Shown one piece after another: positions 47,119 through 57,127 of a DNA stretch of 64,000 nt (position 1 is its first letter; each line of letters starts with the position of its first letter). Below the pieces are notes generated by a model. The model was not told the origin of the DNA and searched no databases. It was given only the letters and a program-made list of their open reading frames with translations. A program made the translations under genes and the position numbers. The DNA is from Candidatus Yanofskybacteria bacterium CG10_big_fil_rev_8_21_14_0_10_36_16 (GTDB taxonomy: Bacteria > Patescibacteriota > Minisyncoccia > 2-02-FULL-40-12 > IGHO2-01-FULL-4-A), in the NCBI GenBank assembly GCA_002794035.1, contig PCXQ01000005.1:16909-80908 (forward strand), in the 5' to 3' direction.

Positions 47119-48135
47119 CTACAGCAAACGACTTAATATGAAAAAGATTACATAAATAGATATAAGAGCAAATCCTTCTTTTTGAGTTATGGCGATCTTA
47201 TCACCTCGTAAAAATACCTTAAGGGTCCATATTGCAACACCAAGAAATATAATTGAAAACACCAAACTTCTGCTGAATATAATTTGAATGGGCGAAATAA
47301 CAGCAGCAATTCCCAAAACCAAAGTTGAATTAACAACCAAAGAACCTAGGGCATTGCCAACAGTCATCTCATCATGGTTAAGCATTACAGAACGAACACC
47401 AAAAACCAGTTCAGGTATTGTTGTACCAAAAGCTATTATAAACATCCCGAACACAACTAATTCAATGTGCAAATTTTCTGCAATTCCTTGAGCTGTATTA
47501 ATAATCAAAAAAGAAGAACCCAAAAGCAAAATCAAGGCCCCCAAAAAAGAAAACACCTGTTTAAACACATTTATTCTAGATGGCCCATATAAAGGAAGAC
47601 CTTTTGTTACCCTGTACTTAACTTCTTCCTCTTCACTCTTGTGTGTTACATCTCCTTCTAATTTAAAGGAGTTGTCTTGCTCAAGTTCATGCTTTCTCTT
47701 TATGAGACGAGAGAGATACCAGATATAAACAATGATTAAAAGAAAACCATCTATCCAATCAAGCAACCCGTCATGTATCAAAACAAACGGTAAAATAGAA
47801 ACCAAGAAAACAGTACTGGTACTGTTTTGTACGCTGGGCCTAGCTTTTATACCCTTGCCTATAACGGCTATCAATCCTATTAATAACGTAACATTTAAAA
47901 TGTTTGCCCCTATAACATTGCCGAAGCTTAATTCTCCAACACCACCGGCTCCGGAGCTCACCGCTAAGAAAAGCTCAGGCACAGATGTAGCAATTCCCAT
48001 TAATATAAACGAGGCTGCATATTCAGACATTCTCAAAAATTGAGCAATTCTTGTTAATGAAGAGATCAAAATCTTACTAGCCCAGGCAAGTATAAAAAAT
48101 GCAATAGCAAAAATAGCCAATTGAGAAATTATCAT
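47119..48135 (-). CDS. Ca2+/cation antiporter (CaCA family, YrbG-like)
   Basis: Alpha-repeat motifs GMATSVPELF and GTTIPELV. Confidence 0.75.
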   Translation of the reverse strand: MIISQLAIFAIAFFILAWASKILISSLTRIAQFLRMSEYAASFILMGIATSVPELFLAVSSGAGGVGELSFGNVIGANILNVTLLIGLIAVIGKGIKARPSVQNSTSTVFLVSILPFVLIHDGLLDWIDGFLLIIVYIWYLSRLIKRKHELEQDNSFKLEGDVTHKSEEEEVKYRVTKGLPLYGPSRINVFKQVFSFLGALILLLGSSFLIINTAQGIAENLHIELVVFGMFIIAFGTTIPELVFGVRSVMLNHDEMTVGNALGSLVVNSTLVLGIAAVISPIQIIFSRSLVFSIIFLGVAIWTLKVFLRGDKIAITQKEGFALISIYVIFFILSRLL

Positions 48136-48167
48136 AAATAAATATTTATTTTATCACAGGTAAATAC

Positions 48168-48788
48168 CTATTTTTTAAACATAGCAAAAAGCCTTCTCCT
48201 ATGTTCTGGATCTTTAAGTATATGAATTGCGGTTGGAAGAATAGAGACAACAATAATAGCCAAAACAATGGGCAAAATATATTTATCGGCATTGGGAATT
48301 ATATTGCCCATATAGTAACCACCCAAAGAAAGCCCAAAAGTCCACAAAAATCCTCCCGCAATATTATAAAAAACAAACTTACTATATTTCATTTCACCAA
48401 CACCCGCTAAAATAGGAGCAAAAGTTCTAACAAAGGGCATAAAACGTGCAATAATAATTGTTTTTCCCCCATGTTTTTTATAAAACTCATTAGAAGTACG
48501 CAGGTGGTCTTTGCTAAACCAAAAAGATTCCTCTTTTTTAAAAATTAAAGGTCCCACTCTTTTGCCAAAATAATAACCAACACTATCTCCCGCCACCGCA
48601 GCAACAAACGAAAGCCATGCCAGCAAATTAATATTTATAAATCCTTGAGACGCCAAAAATCCAGCAGTAAAAAGCAGGCCATCGCCAGGAAGGAAAAATC
48701 CAACGAGCAAGCCCGATTCAGCAAAAACAATACCGACAACGCCAAGCAAGCCAACAGTTTTAATTAATAATTCAATATCAAAAAGCAT
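48168..48788 (-). CDS. DedA/SNARE-associated family membrane protein
   Basis: FFLPGDGLLFTAGFLASQG...GDSVGYYFGKRVG. Confidence 0.75.
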   Translation of the reverse strand: MLFDIELLIKTVGLLGVVGIVFAESGLLVGFFLPGDGLLFTAGFLASQGFININLLAWLSFVAAVAGDSVGYYFGKRVGPLIFKKEESFWFSKDHLRTSNEFYKKHGGKTIIIARFMPFVRTFAPILAGVGEMKYSKFVFYNIAGGFLWTFGLSLGGYYMGNIIPNADKYILPIVLAIIVVSILPTAIHILKDPEHRRRLFAMFKK

Positions 48789-48870
48789 AATATTTTATAA
48801 TAAATGTTTTTATAATATTAATGATAACACAGATAAGTTGCAACCTTATATACACCGGACACAGAGTGAT

Positions 48871-48896
48871 AAAAAAGGCCCCGCCTTAGCGGGGCC
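48871..48896 (-). terminator. Intrinsic terminator of the stereotyped family
   Basis: GGCCCCGC-ctta-GCGGGGCC. The T-run is on the minus strand (plus-strand A6 at 48871-48876). Confidence 0.6.
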
Positions 48897-48902
48897 TAAG
48901 CC

Positions 48903-50000
48903 TCAATGGTTCTCATGAGGCTCTTGTAATACAATATCTTTTAATTGCTCCTCCGGCAAAGGGCAATTCCCCCTGCCGCCTGTAAAAAAATTACTACGAG
49001 CCCAGTTGCCATAATTGCTAACCACTGGACTTTCACGAGAATAAAGAACAAACTCCGACCACACATTCGCTTTTAGATAGGGCACGCTCCGGATTTTTTC
49101 GGGATCCCCTACGCCAAAAACAAAATACATGGCCTCTCGTCTATTTAACTGGAAAGAAAAAACATACCACCCCTCATTTAAACTACCGGGGTCAAACCGG
49201 ATATCGCCAGCATTGGCATCCCGAATAATCCCTGATAAAACATCACCGTTAAAATAAGATGGCATCCATTTATCTTTTATTGACCAGCAAGAATTATTCT
49301 GCCAATCAATATATTGGACACTATATCTTAAACGCCGAAGCATCAACTGATCCTTTTGACGGTAATGTCTATCCCTTAAATAAAAGAGAGCTGACTGTCC
49401 AGCGTTAAACACGGGGGCTTTGTCTAATGCCGGAGGAGGAGTTTTTTCGGGTACTGTGTTTTCTGGGTTAATCTCCACAAGAAAACTATCACCAAATTTT
49501 ACATAAAACCCATCGGGTAGAACCTTGTCTTCTTGTTCTTCTTTGAAGATTGGCTCCACTTTTTGAGACTTAGCAACATCAATCTTATCAGCAAACTCTT
49601 CTTGGGGCTGAGAATGTTTTAGTTCTTCTTTTTTTGCCCTGTCAACCTTCTTATTAAACGATTCTTTTTTAAAATTAGCTGAATATTCACTAGATTTTTC
49701 AACTAACTCATCGTAATAATTGGCAGTTCTGCCTGAATAAAAAGAAAGAGTAAGAGCCAACAATACAGCAGCTACACACCATATTAAAAAATTTGCCCAA
49801 CCAGATTTTTGGGGCAACTCTTGAGTGTTTTGAGCTGTTTTTTGCTCTGGCTTTGATTTGGGTTCAGGTTCCGGTTTTGCTACCGGTTTTCGCCTTAGAG
49901 CCGGCTCCTCTTCTTCATTATTGTTTTTAACTTCCGGTTTATTGTCCTTAGGATCTTCTTTGTCCCCTTTTATTCTGCTTCTTGGTTTGTCTTCTGGCAT
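48903..50000 (-). CDS. Hypothetical membrane-anchored protein with a K/E/P-rich N-terminus and a C-terminal globular domain
   Basis: 365 aa with a single TM at FLIWCVAAVLLALTLSFY. Confidence 0.4.
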   Translation of the reverse strand: MPEDKPRSRIKGDKEDPKDNKPEVKNNNEEEEPALRRKPVAKPEPEPKSKPEQKTAQNTQELPQKSGWANFLIWCVAAVLLALTLSFYSGRTANYYDELVEKSSEYSANFKKESFNKKVDRAKKEELKHSQPQEEFADKIDVAKSQKVEPIFKEEQEDKVLPDGFYVKFGDSFLVEINPENTVPEKTPPPALDKAPVFNAGQSALFYLRDRHYRQKDQLMLRRLRYSVQYIDWQNNSCWSIKDKWMPSYFNGDVLSGIIRDANAGDIRFDPGSLNEGWYVFSFQLNRREAMYFVFGVGDPEKIRSVPYLKANVWSEFVLYSRESPVVSNYGNWARSNFFTGGRGNCPLPEEQLKDIVLQEPHENH

Positions 50001-50114
50001 TTTAACCTCCAGTCCAATAATTAAAAAATAAAAGTTCTATAAATATTATAACAAACAAAACCAAGATAGTCAATCTTGGTTTTTAATTTCTTTAATAAAT
50101 ATTTTCACCTTAGT

Positions 50115-50441
50115 CTATCTTTGTTTTAATTTTTCCAGGAGAAGATTCTCTATAATACCTAATTCCTGATCATTGAAGCCATGTGATTTTTTGTTTTCAT
50201 ATTTCTTTGCCCATTCCATTCTTTCTTTGACTTCTTCTAAGCTAATACCCTTCTCTTTTTTGTCGGACTCTCTTAAATCAGTTAAAAACCACTCTTCTAG
50301 TTCTTTCCTCTTTTCCTGACTAAATCTGTAATCAATCCAAAGCTGGTTTACAAAATCCCTAAATTCATCTTCGGTTATAACAGATTTTTCATAAGTAAAT
50401 ATTCCCATAATAAAATAATTAAGATTCGTGCTACTTAGCAA
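50115..50441 (-). CDS. Hypothetical protein
   Basis: 108-aa charged helical protein. Confidence 0.35.
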   Translation of the reverse strand: MLSSTNLNYFIMGIFTYEKSVITEDEFRDFVNQLWIDYRFSQEKRKELEEWFLTDLRESDKKEKGISLEEVKERMEWAKKYENKKSHGFNDQELGIIENLLLEKLKQR

Positions 50442-50454
50442 TAAATCTCAATAA

Positions 50455-51318
50455 TTAATTTCCTTTAATGCAATTATTAAATTCCACTACCTGGCCATTA
50501 TAAACATCGGCCAGACGCTCTATCTCAGAAGCAATATTGTTATATTGATTTACTAAATCATTATACTCTTTTACTAACCTATTGTATTCTTGACCTCTTT
50601 TTGGCTCTGTGTTATCAATTTCAAATTTTAATTTATTCAATCTCTCTCTTAATATTTCTGCTTGATCTGAATATGCTTCCAACTGAGTCTTTAGCGTATT
50701 GACAGGTTCGGGACAAGCAGATTCTGGCAAACCAAAAACCTGAACTGCAAGCCATGTTCGCCTGTCCTCAAACAAGCCCTGACCTACCGCCACCCCAATT
50801 TCTGTAAATCTTTCATTTAATATATTGGCCCTATGTCCCGGACTATCCATCCATGCCTGAACTAAATCCTGATCGTCTTCAAAATTTCCAAGGGCCAAAT
50901 TTTCACCAGTCATTATGTAAGCATAACCGACTTCATTAACCCAAAATTCTGGCCCCACTCCCGATGGAGATACATGATCGAAATATTGTCCCTGAAGCAT
51001 GTCATTAATCTTTAAAGATGCAGCGAGCTCAAGCGCAGAATTATGCTTAAGAGATGAAAGCCCGTTTTCATTTCTATTTACATTAGTCCAATTTAAAACT
51101 CCCGTTTTTGTTAAAAATGAATCCTCGACCGATTCTTCTTTGTCAACTCTTAGCGGTGGAGGTGTTAAAATGTCTTTTTTAATCTCTTGAATTATTTCTC
51201 TATCAAGAACATCTTTTGCCTCATCTAATTTTTCTGAAAAATCAAAAAAAATTCCATTAAAAAACAGGAATGCTGTTATAGATAGCGCGATTGTAATTAT
51301 TAAAAATTTTGGCTTCAT
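50455..51318 (-). CDS. Secreted CAP/SCP/PR1-like (YkwD-type) domain protein with a C-terminal coiled coil
   Basis: Signal peptide. CAP motifs GHRANIL and HYTQVVW-like context (QAWMDSPGHRANILNERFTEIGVAVGQ). Confidence 0.7.
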   Translation of the reverse strand: MKPKFLIITIALSITAFLFFNGIFFDFSEKLDEAKDVLDREIIQEIKKDILTPPPLRVDKEESVEDSFLTKTGVLNWTNVNRNENGLSSLKHNSALELAASLKINDMLQGQYFDHVSPSGVGPEFWVNEVGYAYIMTGENLALGNFEDDQDLVQAWMDSPGHRANILNERFTEIGVAVGQGLFEDRRTWLAVQVFGLPESACPEPVNTLKTQLEAYSDQAEILRERLNKLKFEIDNTEPKRGQEYNRLVKEYNDLVNQYNNIASEIERLADVYNGQVVEFNNCIKGN

Positions 51319-51393
51319 TACAATATATTATATCAAATTATTATAACAAAATAGCCCCGCCTTGGCGGGGCTATTTTGTTATTGATAGATATC

Positions 51394-51666
51394 TTACATT
51401 GCTGGAGTTTCTTCATCTTTTTCTTCTGAAGCGTCGCCTCCCATGTCGCCTTCGCTTTCAGGCATATCGCCCTCAGAAGCAACTGACTCTTCTGCTGAAG
51501 ATGCTTCTTCTGAACCGCCTTCCATTCCGTGCTTTTGATCTTCACAGTTGCACGATTCTAAAGGCTGTCCGTTGTTGTCACATCCGGGTGTCTGACAAAC
51601 ACCGGGAGCGTCAGCTGTACCACCACAGCTTTTGCATACATTGTGTTCCATAATTACGCAATGCAA
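51394..51666 (-). CDS. Small Cys-rich protein with a highly acidic C-terminal tail (candidate metal-binding)
   Basis: CKSCGGTADAPGVCQTPGCDNNGQPLESCNCE followed by an E/D/S-rich tail. A stereotyped terminator hairpin follows at 51345-51380. Confidence 0.45.
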   Translation of the reverse strand: MHCVIMEHNVCKSCGGTADAPGVCQTPGCDNNGQPLESCNCEDQKHGMEGGSEEASSAEESVASEGDMPESEGDMGGDASEEKDEETPAM

Positions 51667-51790
51667 AACTACAAACGAAACCCGAATTTAACAAAAATGT
51701 ATATTCGCCCACACTTGTAGATTTACGTTATACTTTATTTACTCTATTAATTTTATCAATCAAAGAACCAAAATTAAACATTGACATACA

Positions 51791-51846
51791 AAAAAAAATA
51801 ATGCCTCGAATCAATATTGCAATAAGTAATATTGATTCGAGGCATT
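51791..51846 (-). terminator. Terminator with an unusually long 19-bp perfect stem
   Basis: AATGCCTCGAATCAATATT-gcaataagt-AATATTGATTCGAGGCATT. The minus-strand U-run comes from the plus-strand A8 at 51791-51798. Confidence 0.6.
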
Positions 51847-51866
51847 TTGTGGACATGATTATACAG

Positions 51867-52214
51867 CTATAAAGAACGAACAAGTTCTATAATAACTGTA
51901 TCTGGAGCTGTTATCTCGCCTAGCCCCAATTCCGTCCCAAAAAACTCATCTCGTTTGGAATTTGGTTCTGCTTCAGCAACTTGCATAGAAGCAATCCTCA
52001 ATCTTAGTTTACTTGATTCTACAACTTCAGCAGACACAAGCTCTAGTGCTACCATCTTAATCATTTCTTGATAGCGATTATCAGTCTTTATACACTCGCA
52101 AACCTTATAAGCATCGTCCTGGTTTTTTAAAAGAAGAAAAGTTCTGTCTGTCACGTTTCCTATTGATTTTATTATCTCCAAAAGAACCATTGGTACCTCC
52201 TTTTTGAAATACAA
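51867..52214 (-). CDS. Hypothetical small protein
   Basis: 115 aa, no confident family. Confidence 0.35.
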   Translation of the reverse strand: MYFKKEVPMVLLEIIKSIGNVTDRTFLLLKNQDDAYKVCECIKTDNRYQEMIKMVALELVSAEVVESSKLRLRIASMQVAEAEPNSKRDEFFGTELGLGEITAPDTVIIELVRSL

Positions 52215-52286
52215 ATCTTTTTAATTATAACACACCTTAATAAAAAAACAACCCCTGCTTATTACCCTGCGAATTGTTTTTTAACA

Positions 52287-52817
52287 TTAATTATCTAATT
52301 GTTCTAAAGTCCAACTCATCCTTTTTAAAATCAATAACCCACCAACAAAAAGCAATGTTGATGTTACAGCAGAACCCATACAGTAAACGCAAATAGCACC
52401 AAGTACAAAAAGTTGTATATAGACAAATAAAACAGAGGCAATAAAACCGAAAGGCGTTAGAAGTGCAGCCAATACCAAAAACTTGGGATTTTGGGAATCA
52501 AAATACAAAAATGTAAACAAAAATACAGACAAGTAAAACAATGCACCCAAAAGTGCTACAGGCACACCACCCACAATTGAATACTCGCTTGTAGTAACAA
52601 CCTCACACCCTTCTAATATAGAACAAGGTGGAATCTCCCCTTGATAATGCTTAAAGGTTAAATATGATGAATCTGAAAAACCGATTAAGCTAAGTATTAA
52701 CAAAGCAAAAATTACCCATTTGGGAATTTGGCTAGTTAGATTCACTCTCTGCACCTGCTCCCTGGTCAAGCTCAGAAGCTGAGAGGGAGTTTTGAATAAT
52801 TTCTTTAAATGCTTCAT
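52287..52817 (-). CDS. Vitamin K epoxide reductase (VKOR) family membrane protein
   Basis: Loop Cys pair PPCSILEGC and an active-site CVYC within a TM helix. Confidence 0.75.
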   Translation of the reverse strand: MKHLKKLFKTPSQLLSLTREQVQRVNLTSQIPKWVIFALLILSLIGFSDSSYLTFKHYQGEIPPCSILEGCEVVTTSEYSIVGGVPVALLGALFYLSVFLFTFLYFDSQNPKFLVLAALLTPFGFIASVLFVYIQLFVLGAICVYCMGSAVTSTLLFVGGLLILKRMSWTLEQLDN

Positions 52818-53550
52818 AACTATTAGGATTTGTTAATTTCTTACCGTTTAAGAAGAAAGTGGGCGTGGCATTGACTGCAGACGACCTTGCACTTGCAATA
52901 TCATCATTAACTGCGTTTGCAATATCGTCTGCATTTAAATGAGCAACGAATTGCGTCACGTTTAAATCAAGTCTCTCAGCAATACTTACAAAGGATTTCT
53001 CAGCTTCTTCTCTGTTTAAGTTGGACCAAGCGCTCTGGGTTTCAAAAATCACATCATGCATCTCCCAAAACTTGCCCTGTTTTCCTGCTGCCTCAGAAGC
53101 ACGGGCAGCAAGTTCTGCATTTTTATGTATGGTGATTAAAGGAAAATGCCTATAAACGATAGCCAACCTATCACCAAAATCTTCGCTTAACTGTTTAACA
53201 AGGGGGTAATATGCTCCACAAGCAGGGCATTGAAAATCACTGTATTCTACAAGAACAAGCTCTGCGTTAGGATTACCCTTAATCCAATCTTCGGTGGTAA
53301 TATCTGTAGACAATATAACGGTGCCTGAATCATCTCTTTCAACTCCTTTACCGCCAAAATAAGCCATTGCCCACACAACTCCACCAAGCAACACCAAAAC
53401 AACAACCCAAGAAACAACCCTTTTAGTCTTCTTGCTTCTAACCCTTTTTACCTTATCTTCTTCTTTTTGCTGTTTTTTTAGTTCTCTGCGTTCTTTTTTT
53501 GTCATCTGACTGTCATCTGACACCGTATTTTGATTATTTTGCTCTTCCAT
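52732..53550 (-). CDS. DsbA-like thioredoxin-fold oxidoreductase, membrane-anchored
   Basis: N-terminal TM and CPAC active site (EYSDFQCPACG). Overlaps the VKOR ORF by 86 nt. Confidence 0.7.
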   Translation of the reverse strand: MEEQNNQNTVSDDSQMTKKERRELKKQQKEEDKVKRVRSKKTKRVVSWVVVLVLLGGVVWAMAYFGGKGVERDDSGTVILSTDITTEDWIKGNPNAELVLVEYSDFQCPACGAYYPLVKQLSEDFGDRLAIVYRHFPLITIHKNAELAARASEAAGKQGKFWEMHDVIFETQSAWSNLNREEAEKSFVSIAERLDLNVTQFVAHLNADDIANAVNDDIASARSSAVNATPTFFLNGKKLTNPNSYEAFKEIIQNSLSASELDQGAGAESESN

Positions 53551-53780
53551 AAAGATTAAAAGTAAAACATACGCTTAGATAATAGAAATACGCATGAATT
53601 TACCAATTATTACTAATAACTCTTTAAAAATTATCACCAAACTATCTTTTAATCAAGTTTTAACGAAATAAGCATGAAAATATTTTTTATCCATTTATCC
53701 ACTAATAATTTATTTTTGGTTATTTTTGGGTGTATAATTAAATAATAAGTAATTTTTAATAATTTTAATTCAAATTAATT

Positions 53781-55397
53781 ATGTTTGATAAAAATCATCC
53801 TCATTTATTTGGTCGTTTAATAACATTTATTTTTGCCTTTTGGTTAATTATAGGAATTGCATTATTTTCTTTAAACGACACACCTGCAGAAATAAACCAA
53901 GCAAAAGCTCAAACAATAAATAATGTTGGGGCCTATTTTTGGGCAGGCAATGTAAAAGATCTGGGCGGAGGATTCATTAAAACAGGAGAAACGCTTCTTG
54001 AAGGATTGGGTAGTTCGATTATACGAATATCAATGAGTCCAAGATTTAGAATCGACTATAATTTAGGAGGAGGCTGCATAAGCAACTTCAGCTTAGAAAC
54101 TCTTGCCAAGGGTCCTGATCTTAACCCAATTCTAACAAACCCCAGTTTTAGTACCATAATAATAACAGCCTATGATGGAACTTCTTTTTCAGACTGTGAA
54201 ACCAAAAATTATTTGTATCCCGATTTATATACCCCAGAAATCACCGCGGCCATTGAACAAGAATATAAGGCACTCGCTCAGTACTTAGGCACCATCAAAG
54301 GCAAAACATTCATTATTTTAAACTGGGAAGGTGATAATGATATTTATTGCGGTACAGCATATGGTGCTACTGCCAACAGTTGTCCCAATTATCAAAAACA
54401 TATAGAGGGTTTTACAAAATGGATAAACGCTCGCACCAAAGGCATAAAATCAGCAGGAGTAGGAAATGTTTATAGTGGTGTTGAATTTAATATTGTCAGA
54501 TATCTTAAAAATGCAGGATTACCAAGCATTCTTTATGATGTCATTCCCAATGTTGCCGCAGACTACTTTTCTTATTCTTCATATGAATCAATAAATGAAC
54601 TTTATTCCGGCGATAATGGAACCAAGCTTCTTTCTGATATTACAACAGCAAAAAGCGCTATATCAGCGGGGGGTGGCAACAATAGCAACTTTATTATCGG
54701 AGAATATGGTTTTGAGACTTTGGGCAGAGAAGATTCAAAAAACAAGTTAGAAACTGTCACAAACTTGCTCCACTCAAGAGGTGTAAGATATGCAATAGTA
54801 TGGAATCTATTAGATTCAGGAGGGGGGTTTGGTTTATATGATTCAAATGCTGTATTAACACCATCCGGCAAATATGTGTGTAGCCTTTATCAAGGAAGCG
54901 CTTGTTTTATTATTCAATCACCCAGCTCTACTCCAACACCTGCAATTACACAAACACCGAAACCAACAACTACTACAGTTCCCACAAACAACCCCTGTGC
55001 ACCTACAAGCGGTTTTGCTTCTTCGTGTATAGAAGATGGTACAAAAATAATAACTGTGGCACCTCCTAATATATCAAATAGCAACCTAAACCTTACAATA
55101 TCAATAGATATTCCTGCAAATAAAAATAGTGTTATATGGCCCACAGGTTATTATTGGTCAGCTACATTAAAAAACTGGGCACCATTCACATTACAAGGCA
55201 ATAACTATCCCGGATCTTCGTGGCTTGTAAATAGTGCCTCTACTACATTATCCGTTCCCTATTCTAATCTTCAGCCCGGGATAAATTATATAGTAACGTG
55301 GGATTATATATGGGATGGTTCGAAGTGGCTAGGACCGCCATGTAGCACCCTTACCAATTCTTTATGTTGGAGATTAGAAACATTTATCAGGCCATAA
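53781..55397 (+). CDS. Secreted protein with a possible glycoside-hydrolase-like TIM barrel, a Thr/Pro linker and a C-terminal beta domain
   Basis: N-terminal TM. ILNWEGDND and IIGEYGFE resemble GH clan-A catalytic contexts. TPTPAITQTPKPTTTTVPT linker. Confidence 0.4.
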   Translation: MFDKNHPHLFGRLITFIFAFWLIIGIALFSLNDTPAEINQAKAQTINNVGAYFWAGNVKDLGGGFIKTGETLLEGLGSSIIRISMSPRFRIDYNLGGGCISNFSLETLAKGPDLNPILTNPSFSTIIITAYDGTSFSDCETKNYLYPDLYTPEITAAIEQEYKALAQYLGTIKGKTFIILNWEGDNDIYCGTAYGATANSCPNYQKHIEGFTKWINARTKGIKSAGVGNVYSGVEFNIVRYLKNAGLPSILYDVIPNVAADYFSYSSYESINELYSGDNGTKLLSDITTAKSAISAGGGNNSNFIIGEYGFETLGREDSKNKLETVTNLLHSRGVRYAIVWNLLDSGGGFGLYDSNAVLTPSGKYVCSLYQGSACFIIQSPSSTPTPAITQTPKPTTTTVPTNNPCAPTSGFASSCIEDGTKIITVAPPNISNSNLNLTISIDIPANKNSVIWPTGYYWSATLKNWAPFTLQGNNYPGSSWLVNSASTTLSVPYSNLQPGINYIVTWDYIWDGSKWLGPPCSTLTNSLCWRLETFIRP

Positions 55398-55428
55398 AAA
55401 GCTACGATCCAGATGCTAAACTAATCAA

Positions 55429-55455
55429 AGCCCCGCCAAAGCGGGGCTAATTATT
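55429..55455 (+). terminator. Intrinsic terminator of the stereotyped family
   Basis: AGCCCCGC-caaa-GCGGGGCT followed by a weak T tract. Confidence 0.5.
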
Positions 55456-55484
55456 TGTATAATATTATTGTAAAATTTTTAATT

Positions 55485-56234
55485 TTAAATTTCTTTAATC
55501 TTCCCTTCTAATCTGGAAAGTTCCGAATATAAATACAGGAATATCCTCTCGGTCTTTTTGTCTATTACATCGTTGTGACAGCCATCTATGGGCCCTTCCC
55601 CTAGAGATACGGGTTCAAGAATAGCATTCTTCAAAATGGAGATTGATTCCTTGATTACATAATCAGTATATTTATAATCATTCTCGCCATAATCATCCCC
55701 ATGCTCGATCATCCATCTATTACAAAGTTGTCTGTAAACTTTAGCGGGTAATAAATTGGCATACCATGTAAAATCAAGGCCGTATTCAAAATCAACCCAA
55801 ACTTGTCCCGATATAAAAGCCTCGTCAGCTACACCGAAGGCAGTTTTATGCCACATCATTACCTCATTATACAATGGGAATTTCTCGGGCTCAGGCGGCT
55901 CTTCAATTTTGTCTATTTCATTTAAAACACCGGTACTAAATTCCGTTTTACCGATGTCATTTTTCATGGCCATTAAAACATCTTTTAAATTTTGACCGAC
56001 ATTTTTTGTGACTTCCTCAATGTCATCAAGGTCTTCTCCACGATCTATATGTGCCTGCTTTTGTTTTTTTGTTTTACCACAAATTAAACAGGCATCTTTC
56101 CCGCATCCCAGCCTTCTCCATGTACACTCCATCCATTCAGGAAAATTAAAATTTTCTTTTTCTTTAAACTTTCTTTTTTTATTTTTATTTCTTGAAATAT
56201 TGCTTTGTTGCAATGTTGATTTATTTGGTTTCAT
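55485..56234 (-). CDS. Hypothetical protein with an N-terminal Cys4 zinc-finger-like cluster
   Basis: CTWRRLGCGKDACLICGK, then an acidic or aromatic-rich domain. Confidence 0.4.
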   Translation of the reverse strand: MKPNKSTLQQSNISRNKNKKRKFKEKENFNFPEWMECTWRRLGCGKDACLICGKTKKQKQAHIDRGEDLDDIEEVTKNVGQNLKDVLMAMKNDIGKTEFSTGVLNEIDKIEEPPEPEKFPLYNEVMMWHKTAFGVADEAFISGQVWVDFEYGLDFTWYANLLPAKVYRQLCNRWMIEHGDDYGENDYKYTDYVIKESISILKNAILEPVSLGEGPIDGCHNDVIDKKTERIFLYLYSELSRLEGKIKEI

Positions 56235-56380
56235 TTTAAAAATTAACTTAAAAAAAATTAATTTAAAAATTATTCTATAGTATTTAAGATTAATTTAAAA
56301 GTGTATTAAATCAGATTAATATTTCCTTATAAAAACCAACAGAAAAACCGCCTCCCAACATAAAGGTCAGCGGTTAAGTT

Positions 56381-56812
56381 TTAGTTTTTATTTCCATTAT
56401 ATACTCCGAGTTTTTTTATCATTTGAATTATAGGATTATCAAAATTGTAATTCTCCTCATTGCCATCTTCTCTCATTATTCTGGTTCTAAGCGCATCATG
56501 ATCAATAAAGTATAAAATTTCACAAAAAGCATAAGGAACCGTGCTTTGGTCTCCAGCAAATAAACAATAAAGGTTTTTATTAAAAGGACAAAAATAATCA
56601 TCTTCCAAAATGTGTTCTCTTATTTGCTTTAATTCGTCCAAAGTAAATTCTCCGAATGGCCATTTTTTTGGTTCAATCTTAATCAATAAATACCAATCTT
56701 CATCAAAACAATCCTCAGGAGATCCTCTTGCGTCGGAAGGTCTCATATCCACTTTTAAAAATACTATGGTAGCCCTATCAAGTCGCAACCTATTTGAGTT
56801 TACCACCTGCAT
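56381..56812 (-). CDS. Hypothetical protein
   Basis: 143 aa, no family assignment. Confidence 0.35.
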   Translation of the reverse strand: MQVVNSNRLRLDRATIVFLKVDMRPSDARGSPEDCFDEDWYLLIKIEPKKWPFGEFTLDELKQIREHILEDDYFCPFNKNLYCLFAGDQSTVPYAFCEILYFIDHDALRTRIMREDGNEENYNFDNPIIQMIKKLGVYNGNKN

Positions 56813-56879
56813 CTTGGTCCTCCATTTCTTTATATCTTACGTATTTAAACTATTTATCAAATTAAATTTAAAATATCAA

Positions 56880-56935
56880 TAGATTAATAAACATTAATAA
56901 CAAATAATAATTTTTTATTAATGTTTAACAATCTA
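56880..56935. repeat. Imperfect 21-bp inverted repeat in an AT-rich intergenic region
   Basis: TAGATTAATAAACATTAATAA ... TTATTAATGTTTAACAATCTA, 19 of 21 matching, with a 14-bp spacer. Confidence 0.5.
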
Positions 56936-57022
56936 TATTAAACAAAATTCTGTTAATCATTTGTTGTAATATTCATTTTAATTCAACCTAAATCTTTCAT
57001 GATTTTCTACTATCTCTGGTTT

Positions 57023-57125
57023 TTAATTCTTAATTTTTGATTCTTGATTCCCCTATCCTAAGCTCGGAATAAAAGCTTAATTCTTAATTCTTGATTCTTT
57101 GTTATTGATTCTTTGTTATTGATTA
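57023..57125. repeat. AT-rich direct repeats (two copies of TTAATTCTTAATT(T/C)TTGATTCTT, then a tandem TTGTTATTGATTCTT)
   Basis: Visible by eye. Copies begin at 57023 and 57077. The tandem 14-mer occupies 57095-57125. Confidence 0.55.
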
Positions 57126-57127
57126 TT

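Noticed and set aside
57023-57125. Direct repeats that superficially look like a mini CRISPR array
   Set aside because: There are only two copies of a 23-nt AT-only unit plus a tandem 14-mer. There is no third repeat, no GC-containing repeat core, no cas genes and no leader, so this is an AT-rich minisatellite.
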